NCBI GenBank assembly: GCA_002104905.1
Contig: MCFE01000370.1
Span: 1-64,000, forward strand
DNA length: 64,000 nt
Source of the DNA: Basidiobolus meristosporus CBS 931.73
Lineage: Eukaryota; Fungi; Basidiobolomycota
Direction: 5' to 3'
Every line of letters begins with the position of its first letter. Within the stretch, counting starts at the first letter, position 1. Positions 40,496 to 50,622 of the stretch are shown one piece after another. The notes below the pieces were generated by a model, which was given only the letters and a program-made list of their open reading frames with translations, was not told the DNA's origin and did not search any database. The position numbers and the translations under genes were made by a program.

Positions 40496-43398
40496 ATGGA
40501 GCAGAAGCCCCCAAGGAAAAATTTGGCTGAGCTGAGAGTATATGCTTTTGTTTAACCCGCTGTTGGTACCAAGTGATTGATTTTGCCCTTGTTGTATAGA
40601 GGCTCCAAAAGCTACGTCGGGAGCAACAAAATAAACCTGTGAATGGCCAGAGTTCTTCCCATCTAAAGCGAAGTCACACAGCCGGTTTGCGGAATGTAGA
40701 GCAAGTGCACTCTCAGAGTTTAGCTCCGGAGCCCAGCCGGGTCTCTCCTCACGAGACGCCCAGTGTGGCAGCTGCGTTTGAAAGGGCCAAGGGCAAACAA
40801 GCGGAAATAAATCCATTCGCTTCTACAGAGCAGCAGCTTGATTCATCCAAGCTGAACCCGTTCACTATGTTTGGGAAACTTCTTACGGACAAAAATGGAC
40901 AGGAATCCACCCCACAGATAGTAGACATTCCTATAGAGGGAGAGAGAGTAAGCGTTATGCCTAATTACTGGTATAAACCAAGGTCTCCTTTCTTACCCGC
41001 TCTTGTCCCTGAACGTAGAGACCCACCCATTCTCTTCCTACACGCCTCGCCCCGATACAGGTTCAGCGCCATGTGGCAACCAAGAATTTTGCTACTTTGC
41101 AGGAAGATATACACGAATCCAGCCATTTCAAAAGCAGTGACGAGTCAGACGGGCAAGAGTCACTATCCGACAACTCAGATGAGCTTAGTGATGTTGAAGG
41201 AGGGGTCACATACATGAAGAGGAATCAAGATTACATGCAGAGCAATCACAAATATGAAATTAATGACGGTAACCACTTCGATGGCATTCAAGTAGTTTAG
41301 TTCTAACGCCTCGTACGTCGACTAGACTCGAAGATCTTGAAAATCCCTTCGAATTATAAGGTACTCCTCTCGAAAACTGATTTGATTTACCACGTTTACT
41401 CAGCACACGTTGGGTTTAGAGCTTGACCTCTGCAGTAGAGCCCGACTCTTCTCAGCCTGGTATGAATGAGTCTACTGACACTGACATCAGGGCTGACTGA
41501 TATTGACATTTACCTATGCTTAGTGGGGCCAGAAAACAACCGCAGCGTTCTCTTTAATTTGTTGGAGCGACAAGATGTATGTGTCTCTTATAGCTCGTTA
41601 CATCCAAGGTGACTCACATGTTTGTAGTCGCAGCTGCAGCAAGGGAATCTGAGCCAAGATGTAGATGTAGATGTAGATATGAAAGGTGGCAGCTCAATAT
41701 CTTACCATCGATGTAGTCATTATTCTCACCCAGAACTCTAGATTCGTTCGATACAGCCGAAAACCCACAATCAGATGATACCAATGTAATGTGTCAGATA
41801 GTCTGTTGTTAACTTTACCTCGCATATTAAGCATGGTTTTCGCAACGCAGGTCATGGAGAGCATAGGTAAGTTCAACGAGTACGTATTAGAGCTGGCCAG
41901 CCATTGATGCTCTTTTTGCAACAAGGCTCCGCCGTCATATCACAGGTATCTATAATTGTTGGCTTTCCTGTCGAAACACGTGACTTACACTAGCATAGCC
42001 CAAGCAGGGAAGCCAAACGCCACCTTTCGATTGGACACTGAAGGCCCGTTTAGTTTTCACCTCAACGAAGTCATTTCAGTGGTGCGATAGCCTAGTCTCG
42101 GCTCACCAAACTGAAGCATTGGACTCGTTTGTTAAATCCCAAGAGCCGGAGCATGTTAATGTTGGTGCTTATTGATATGATAGCTTGTGGGATGTAACTA
42201 ACCTTACACTGTTTAGAGTCAATTGAAGAAGCATATGCATAGCTGGGTGTATCCAACTTTCGAGAATCCCAAGGCCTACTCTGACCATCTGATCAAGATT
42301 ATGTCCAAAACCAGTTCCCTGCTAGCTGAAGAGAAAGAGAGTGTCGCCGAGTTTAAGAGCTCCATTGAAGAATGGTAATGGCCAGTGTGTTGCGCGCTAT
42401 GACTGGTACAAGAACTAACAATGTTTTCCCGTTCAATAGGAAGGATGCGTTTCGTTCTCTCTATTATTCTCTGAGGAATGGTGTTTGCACTTATTTTTAT
42501 TACATCAACGATCAATTTTCTGTCCTGTTCAAATCCAAGAATGCATCCGACACCGGGGAATTCGAAGCCATTATGAGCAAATCTACACATGGGTTGCGCA
42601 AGGTACTCCAGGAGGAAGGGATCGAGTTCGAAGTCCCATTGGATCGACTCTCCTCGGATGTTTTATATCGAGGAGATGATGACCCTATCCCAGATGAAGA
42701 AAGACAAGAGATCTTAAGGGAACTCGAGGCATTGGAAAAGCAAAACCCGGGCTCTACGTAAGCGGACGTTCTCCTGCTAGTTGTGTTGAAGCTGTGATTG
42801 ACATCTCGCATAGATTTCAGAAGAACACCCAGTTCAATTGGGACAATTCGTATCGATCAGCGCTGTATTTCTCTGGACATCTCAATGTTCATGGATTGTT
42901 TGATTTCTTACTGAATTGGAAAGATAGCCGACTCGAATATCACGTAAAACGTCGGCCTCAACTGATCAGCCCAGACCCGTTCCTGAACGCTGCAGTCAGG
43001 AGCGCCAAAGTGAGTTGTCTGCCAACCTTGTTGAGATCCACACTTCCCGACTGAGCAATTCCATATAGATTGTTAAAAATGGGAAAGTCCATCGAATTGC
43101 AAACGATCTCCCTCAAGGCCAGGAATCGCTACAAACCTCCTACAAGATAGAGCTGATCGGCCTTTTCCTCCCCTCCTCGGTCCATCTTCTACTGGAGCTC
43201 TTCAAACAAACGCAGGATTATTCTTTCGAAGTGAGCTTAGCTACCGATAACAGAACGCTAGGTCTGAACATTCCTGTTCAATGGTCGGAAAGACCCTCAA
43301 CCTCTGATCGTTGGTCACGTGTGCTACGGGAATCCAGAATCAAGGTTGGATCACTGAAAACGATAGCATGTACACCCGAATCCCACTTCTTGTATTAG
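40496..43398 (+). CDS. DONSON: DONSON (downstream neighbour of SON) homologue, multi-exon including 16- and 20-nt micro-exons
   Basis: PFDWTLKARLVFTSTKSFQWC, HSWVYP, WKDAFRSLYYSLRNGVCTYFYYINDQFSVLF, SKSTHGLRKVLQEEGIEFEVPL, VHGLFDFLLN, PQLISPDPFLNA, KIELIGLFLP match the conserved DONSON blocks I recall from the human protein (PVDWSIKTRLLFTS, FTSLYNLL..CPYFY..FTVLF, TRGLR..M..EGIEFSLPL). Confidence 0.85.
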
Positions 43399-43728
43399 AA
43401 TTGTGAACAAGTTGACTAAAACTTGGGTTCAATAAATCCAGAATCGCCGTGACTATATACGCATGATGGTGCGAAGTTGGTTGCACATGCTTTGTTTTTG
43501 TAGGTCAAAACAATCGATAGATTCTATGGGACAGTGATTTGGAATATCCGTGGCAAAATTCATTTCCCATCTTCCTTACGTTACGTCTTGCTTCTGTTTT
43601 ATCCTTGGCTCAATCCGGTCCACTAGTAGCCCGACACATATCTTTGCTTTCTTCAGCGAGCGTCCTTATCACCTGTAGTTTATATCGTTTCTGTGAATTC
43701 TGCCCATCTTTGTCCTCCCTGTAAACCA

Positions 43729-44908
43729 ATGTCGGAGAATTATACCAAAATCGAGAAGGTCGGCGAAGGAGCCTACGGAGTTGTTTATAAAGCTAAGGAT
43801 AACCGTACTGGGCGTATTGTCGCCATGAAAAAGGTGCGACTAGAATCTGAGGATGAAGGTGTACCAACCACTGCCATTCGTGAGATCTCCGTGCTCAAGG
43901 AATTGAACCACGAAAACGTTGTTGGGTAAGTTGGACTGGCTTCTTGCCCGAGGAGCACTTCGAATCCTAATCCCCCCTTAGACTTTTGGACATTATCCAC
44001 AGCGATGGCAAGCTGTATCTCGTTTTCGAATATCTGGATTTGGACCTCAAACGGTACATGGACAAAGCAGGTACACTTAGCCCAATGCAAGTCAAGGTAC
44101 GTTTCGTCGCTCCGTCCGGCTCAGGGTTCGGTGGGAAATTAACCGAATACGCTCCTTAGAGTTACATATATCAACTGTGCCGAGGAATGGCATACTGTCA
44201 TGCACGTCGCATTTTACACCGTGATCTAAAGCCACATAACCTTTTGGTGGACCGAGAAGGCACTTTAAAATTGGCCGACTTTGGTCTAGCGCGTGCATTT
44301 GGTGTCCCAATGCGCAATTATACCCATGAGGTTGGTTATCATTGACCGAGTCCAGATGTGATGGTTTAATCCTAACCGTCTTGACAGGTTGTTACATTGT
44401 GGTACCGTGCACCGGAGATTCTTTTGGGCTCCCGCCAGTACTCTACGGGTGTTGATATGTGGAGTGTGGGCTGTATCTTCGCAGAGATGGCCATTGGCAA
44501 GCCATTGTTCCCAGGTGACTCCGAGATCGATGAGCTGTTCCACATCTTCAGGTTTGCTTCACAGTACTTTTGCCTCGGAGACTCCTTGCAGCTCACCACC
44601 TCCAACGTATGTTTAGACTGCTGGGAACTCCCAAAAACTCGATATGGCCGGGGGTCGAGAATCTACCCGATTACAAAGCATCTTTTCCTAACTGGAACCC
44701 TCAAGATCTGGCCCAAGCAATCCCTGGATTGGATGCAGATGGCATTGACCTACTGAAGGTTCCTATTATGACCCGTACCGTTTTTGGAACGTTCCTAACG
44801 CCCTCCTCTATCTAGAAAATGCTTGTGTTCGACCCAACCTACCGTATTTCTGCCAAGAAGGCGCTACAGCATCCTTATTTCCTAGACATGGATCATCCGC
44901 GAATCTAA
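43729..44908 (+). CDS. CDC28: Cyclin-dependent kinase CDK1/Cdc2/Cdc28-like, 6 exons
   Basis: [77 protein letters not shown]. Confidence 0.9.
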
Positions 44909-45156
44909 GTCCCCTCTCTCCACACCCCTACTCTTCACGACCCTTCTGATTCCAAGCCCATTTACCCTCCGAATATTCAGCATGAAACTATTCACCCTGC
45001 ACACTTTCTTTGTTCATATTGATTACGACTCAAGTCTACTGTGCCATTACCACAATATATATTTATAGAATATATCGTCAATCATCGGTTGCAGTGAACG
45101 TTCCATGAATGTCTATCCTGTGTATGCTTCGAACGAACCTGTTGAGTGCTGGGGCA

Positions 45157-46016
45157 TTATGCCTTGATGTGATGCCAAACCACGCTGCAATCCTCCGGCT
45201 TTAGAACCAACATCTTGCATCTGGTAATGAATTGGTACCCATGCTCCAGCAGCCTGGTCAGAGTTTCTTGATTGCTGGTTTCTACTACAACCAGGGATTT
45301 GCTGTTGCACTGACGTGGGCCAATCTCAGCCAGCTGCGGGTTGCTGGGCGCACGAAGGATGTACTCTCTACATATGTAGTCCTCACGTTCGCGGCAATTG
45401 TAGTAATTGGAGAATAGATTGATACCCGCTGTCGACACGCACAGTCCTGGTCAAAGCGGAGGCAAGTTAAGCAAAAGGGCAACTGTAAAACACTAGCTTA
45501 TCCATATCACAACATACCCGACAATCCGATGACTTTGAGATTCCGGTTGGTGACTCTCAGTTGGTCCAAGATCTCCTGGATACTCTTTAGAACCAAGGTC
45601 CCAAGCTTCTCCTTGTTTCCGGTTTGGGCGCTGAAGGAGGACCAGGTTGGATATCGCTCCATGTGGTATATATGTAACCCAATTTCGCAGTTTCCCGAAG
45701 GCTGAGCATTGTTGAACAACATATCTTCTTCCAGCTGACTCTCAATAACCTCTCCACAGCTAAGCTTCAACCAGCCCTTGGCGGTGAGCGGGACTACACT
45801 ACAAGCCCCTATGACAATTGGCTCAGAACTGTTCTCACCACTACCACTGTCTACATCAAATCCATCATGGTAATATACCATCCCAAACTCAGGGTGATGT
45901 GTGTACCATTTCTGAAGCGTTTCTAGGGTCAAAGGTGACTCTGTTGGATATACATCAATATCAGAAGCAAGGATTGCTTCGAAATCGCTCGGTTCAATGG
46001 CGCGCCTTTTCAGCAT
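45157..46016 (-). CDS. Uncharacterised protein, possible GNAT-like fold (2 exons, about 265 aa)
   Basis: ORF 45507-46016 splices through GTATGT..CCAG into ORF 45157-45438 (LSG|LCVSTAGINLFSNYYNC). Alternating alpha/beta pattern starts RRAIEPSDFEAIL..IGACSVVP. Family not recognised. Confidence 0.6.
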
Positions 46017-46325
46017 GATCGATGTGATATATATATCTCTCCTGGTAAAAAGCCGTTGGTAGATCGAAGTCTAGGGTGAAATGTAGATCGACGCCAAAAA
46101 CATTCACGCTTCCACTAATTGCACCCTAATGAAACATGTCCAGGGTGCTTACGTAGTGAGCCCTATGAAACATTCTAACTCAGCGAATGTATCTGGTTGC
46201 TCAGGTGAACAATCATGCTGCATCAAGCGAATCATCGAAGCCCCCTACTGGGAATTTGCGCTGACTGATAAAGTCCAACAAATAATCTCAATAGGGTAAT
46301 TTTGAATGCGGGTTTTCCCAATCGA

Positions 46326-46390
46326 CCATATTTGATATGGTAATTTCGCACCCTGATTGCTCACTTCGCCATATTTGATATGGTAATTTC
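46326..46390. repeat. Perfect 22-bp direct repeat in the divergent promoter between the GNAT-like gene and ureG
   Basis: CCATATTTGATATGGTAATTTC at 46326-46347 and 46369-46390. Confidence 0.8.
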
Positions 46391-46696
46391 CGTCTTGGAA
46401 ATAGTTCCAAACGAGGAAAGAGCAGAATTACTGGTTAGAGGGATGGAAGCCAGGCAAAGTAGGAAATTCACAAAACCGGAGAAAACTCCTCTTTTGCACT
46501 CTACTAAATAAGTAAATACTTTGGTCGAGAATTCCAAAGATGGTGATAATCACTGGTAAGCAACCTGGGTGCATTTTTCTGAATAATGACCGTCGCTTCG
46601 CGTCCTGATTGGCGGGGACCGAGTTTACATCATCACCGTTTGGTATAAATAGGTGTAGCACACCAGGTAAAAATGCAACCTCCTTTGATTACTAAA

Positions 46697-47503
46697 ATGT
46701 CCAACAACATCTGCCGCTTCGAAGACCAAACTCACACCATTGCTGAAGGTGGTGACCATCATGGACACAGCCACGACCACGCCGCTGCCCATGATCACGG
46801 ACACACCCATGAGCAATTGGACCATCCTGGTAAATTCAACCAGCGTGATCCCCCTCAATATCACCGTAGAGATTGGAGCGAACGTGCATTCACCGTTGGT
46901 ATTGGTGGTCCCGTCGGTTCCGGCAAGACCGCCTTGATGCTCTCCCTCTGCAGAGCTCTTCGTGAGTCCTACAACATTGCCTGTGTCACCAACGATATCT
47001 TCACTAAGGAGGATACCGAATTCTTGGTCCGTAACGAGGCTCTTCCTAGAGAGCGTATCCGTGCCATCGAAACTGGTGGTTGCCCCCACGCTGCCATCCG
47101 TGAGGATGTTTCCGCCAACATGAACGCCTTGGAGGAATTGCACGCCCAGTTCAACTGCGAGCTCTTGTTGATTGAATCTGGTGGTGATAACCTTGCCGCC
47201 AACTACTCCCGTGAATTGGCCGATTACATCATCTACGTTATTGATGTTGCCGGTGGTGACAAGGTCCCTAGAAAGGGTGGACCAGGTATCACCCAATCCG
47301 ACCTCCTCGTCATCAACAAGACCGATCTTGCCCCTATTGTTGGTGCTGATTTGGATGTCATGGCCAGAGATGCCAAGAAGATGCGTGATGATGGACCCAC
47401 CGTTTTCGCTCAGGTCAAGAACGGACCTGGTTTGCAGGAAATCATTCAACACATCTTGGCTGCCTGGGAGACTAGCGGTGCTAAGGCTGCCAGCAAGCAA
47501 TAA
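46697..47503 (+). CDS. ureG: Urease accessory GTPase UreG with a His-rich N-terminus, single exon
   Basis: [92 protein letters not shown]. An alternative ATG exists at 46673. Confidence 0.97.
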   Translation: MSNNICRFEDQTHTIAEGGDHHGHSHDHAAAHDHGHTHEQLDHPGKFNQRDPPQYHRRDWSERAFTVGIGGPVGSGKTALMLSLCRALRESYNIACVTNDIFTKEDTEFLVRNEALPRERIRAIETGGCPHAAIREDVSANMNALEELHAQFNCELLLIESGGDNLAANYSRELADYIIYVIDVAGGDKVPRKGGPGITQSDLLVINKTDLAPIVGADLDVMARDAKKMRDDGPTVFAQVKNGPGLQEIIQHILAAWETSGAKAASKQ

Positions 47504-47768
47504 GTTCTGTAATGATGTTCATTGTACATTAAATAATTCGTAATAAAGCCATTCGAACGTCAATATTTCCTTGGATGGTAAACCACATTGTTACGTGTTG
47601 GCCATGACTTGCGGACGGTTTAGGCTGCCCGTAGCCACTATTCTGGTCGACCTCCAGAAAACATCATGAAGTGCAGAGTGGAGTGATGGTTACTTCTTAA
47701 GATTCAATGCTTTTATTTATCAGGGTTTAAATTTACACGGGATCTAGAAAACGCCAACCATTTACGGG

Positions 47769-48677
47769 TTACCTAGTCTCTTTGTCAGCGTGTCTTTGGG
47801 CTTCCTTGGCGGCTTGGTTCGCCTTTTCTTGAGGCGATTCATATTTAGCTTTTGGCTTGGGTGGCTCGGCTGGTGTTTTGATTTGATTCACTGCGCTCTG
47901 TGCGCTGCTCTTCACCCCTCCTGCAACCTCCTCAGCATACTCCTTCACCTGCTCCCCTCTGCTCTTGATCCCTTCACTCACCGATCTGGCTGCATCCCCG
48001 GCCTCTTTTTGTGCCTTACCAACCACCTTGCCTGCGTACTCTCCGGCCTGACGAAGTGCTGGCTCGGCGTCTCCCATCACCTCATTCGCCTTTGCTTGGG
48101 CGGATGCTGCTGCATCGGTCGCCTCTCTCTTCACTCCTTCCGCCCCGGCTCTGGCTCCATTCGCTGCTTGATTGGCCCTCAGTTCTGCCTCGCTGAGTGC
48201 CTTGTTCACCCCATGCTTGATCTTCGATTGCTGGCTCTCGACGAACTGCTGGCCAGTCTCCTTTCCTTGCTCCACCCTGGCCTTCACCTCGTTCGTCACG
48301 TTCTTCGCCTTGATCTGTGTCTGCTCAGCAACCTGGTTGACCGTCTCCGTGGCCTTCTTGGCGACATTCTCGGACTGGTCGATCGCGTTGGCCAGCTTCT
48401 CGCCCGTTGCTTGGTTCAGCTTGTTCGCTGCCTCTTGCACTTTGCTGGCGGTGTTCGACAGAGTCTCTTGGATCTTGGAGACCACGGTTTGCTTTTCCTG
48501 TGGCAATGATTGGGGTGGGATGGGTTAGCACATGGAAAGGAGGAAGCAAGCGAAGCAAGGACCACTAACCAAGACCTGGGCGTTGGTGTGGAACAGGCGA
48601 GGGGTATTTGCGGAGACTCGCACGGAGGTCAACATCCCGTACTGGGAGAGAGATTGGAGGAAAGTTCTGGATGTCAT
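47769..48677 (-). CDS. LEA-like amphipathic repeat protein with a predicted mitochondrial presequence, copy A (278 aa; exons 48677-48570 and 48497-47769)
   Basis: MTSRTFLQSLSQYGMLTSVRVSANTPRLFHTNAQVL, then GTTAGT..CTAAC..CAG intron, then A/K/E/Q-rich body lacking C and W with roughly 11-residue periodicity. Confidence 0.8.
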
Positions 48678-48680
48678 ATT
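47882..48680 (-). repeat. Left arm of a 799-bp inverted repeat
   Basis: Reverse complement of 49361-50159. Paired coordinates sum to 98041 throughout, so there are no indels; 7 substitutions by manual comparison. Confidence 0.95.
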
Positions 48681-49360
48681 TACGAAAGAAACACTTTACA
48701 CTCGAGAAGGAAAAATTAACAATGCAGTTGGAGTGGGCATGTTGGTAGTTATATAGGCTCACTCGGTGGGTTCAAGAACTACAACGTCACTGCCAGCGTC
48801 TGACCGCCACCAACCAAGCCAGTCGTGAATCATCACTCTGTTTGGGTGAAGTCGATTTCTCGAGCCGTGTCGAGTGAATGGTTACTCCAGCATGACTGCA
48901 CCGCCTTTCCCGATTAGGACCTACGTGCGTCAAGATGAACGAAGGGATGATGGTGATTTCGAGGGGACAGATTGGCCAGAGTTTCGGGACCGGCTCCTAC
49001 TTTCATGGGTGGTACTCACGTTGTAGGAGGCAACCTTAGCTTCACCTCCAAATTGGTCGACCACTGTGATTTGAATTACCGCCCTGCCAACTACGCATAT
49101 ACCCTCTGTAAGAGGAGGCTCTCATCATATACGATAGGGTCGGGATTTAGAGTGGTCGATTGCGTGATGCTGATGTATTTCCTAGTGACGTCAATGGGGA
49201 TGATGACAGTTAGGTGCTACATTAAAGTGTAGACCCAACGAACCTGACGGAAATGGGATGGAATCATGATGCACGGGTGAGGAGGTGTCAGGCGCATAAA
49301 TAATCGGAGGTTGATGGGCAGCATACAGCAATACATCGAATTCATTCCTACAATCACAGC
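48681..49360. promoter_or_regulatory. Unique bidirectional promoter between the inverted arms
   Basis: TATATAA (minus strand, 48749-48755), CATAAATA (plus strand, 49295-49302), CRE palindrome TGACGTCA at 49186-49193, half-CRE at 48784-48789, STRE-like AGGGG at 48962-48966. Confidence 0.65.
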
Positions 49361-50159
49361 AATATGGCATCCAGAACTTTCCTCCAATCTCTCTCCCAGT
49401 ACGGGATGTTGACCTCCGTGCGAGTCTCCGCAAATACCCCTCGCCTGTTCCACACCAACGCCCAGGTCTTGGTTAGTGGCCCTTGCTTCGCTTGCTTCCT
49501 CCTTTCCATGTGCTAACCCACCCCACCCCAATCATTGCCACAGGAAAAGCAAACCGTGGTCTCCAAGATCCAAGAGACTCTGTCGAACACCGCCAGCAAA
49601 GTGCAAGAGGCAGCGAACAAGCTGAACCAAGCAACGGGTGAGAAGCTGGCCAACGCGATCGACCAGTCCGAGAATGTCGCCAAGAAGGCCACGGAGACGG
49701 TCAACCAGGTTGCTGAGGAGACACAGATCAAGGCGAAGAACGTGACGAACGAGGTGAAGGCCAGGGTGGAGCAAGGAAAGGAAACTGGCCAGCAGTTCGT
49801 CGAGAGCCAGCAATCGAAGATCAAGCATGGGGTGAACAAGGCGCTCAGCGAGGCAGAACTGAGGGCCAATCAAGCAGCGAATGGAGCCAGAGCCGGGGCG
49901 GAAGGAGTGAAGAGAGAGGCGACCGATGCAGCAGCATCCGCCCAAGCAAAGGCGAATGAGGTGATGGGAGACGCCGAGCCAGCACTTCGTCAGGCCGGAG
50001 AGTACGCAGGCAAGGTGGTTGGTAAGGCACAAAAAGAGGCCGGGGATGCAGCCAGATCGGTGAGTGAAGGGATCAAGAGCAGAGGGGAGCAGGTGAAGGA
50101 GTATGCTGAGGAGGTTGCAGGAGGGGTGAAGAGCAGCGCACAGAGCGCAGTGAATCAAA
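49361..50159 (+). repeat. Right arm of the 799-bp inverted repeat
   Basis: Begins 3 nt upstream of ATG 49364 and ends at ...GTGAATCAAA; includes the 72-nt intron. Confidence 0.95.
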
Positions 50160-50332
50160 CCAAACCACAAGTAGAGCAGGTCAGATCCGCGGTCAATCAA
50201 GGTAAAAAGGAAGCAACCAATACGGCGGCCCAAGTTACCGATCAAGCCCGGCAGGCGACCGAAAACGTTCAGCGAAAGGCCAAAGAGGCAGCCAAGGATG
50301 CCAAACACAAGGTAGATGAGTTCGCGCAATGA
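49364..50332 (+). CDS. LEA-like amphipathic repeat protein with a predicted mitochondrial presequence, copy B (298 aa; exons 49364-49471 and 49544-50332)
   Basis: MASRTFLQ...RLFHTNAQVL|EKQTVVSKIQETLS...; differs from copy A mainly in its unique 57-aa C-terminal tail. Confidence 0.8.
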
Positions 50333-50622
50333 GCACACCACCAATGTAATTACACACCGTCATACCATGTAGCAATAAACACAATACAAGGAATACTGTG
50401 ATATGGAGTATATTAGTTTGGGTAGTTTATATGAATTACCAGACAGTTCGAATTAGAGGATATGTTGAGGTAAGTATTGTTAAATGGTAAATGAAGGGAC
50501 TATCGCATGCAAGTCACGACGTTATTTCAAGATCAACAAGAGAAGTAAAGAAACCAATGGATGATGATGGGACGGAAAGGGTGAAGGTGAGGGTGTGGGT
50601 GATGGTGATGGAAGGGGTGCTG

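Noticed and set aside
47790-50344. Leu/Cys-rich antisense ORFs 47790-48509 (+) and 49532-50344 (-)
   Set aside because: Mirror frames of the A/K/E/Q-rich LEA-like genes; they recur only because of the inverted repeat.
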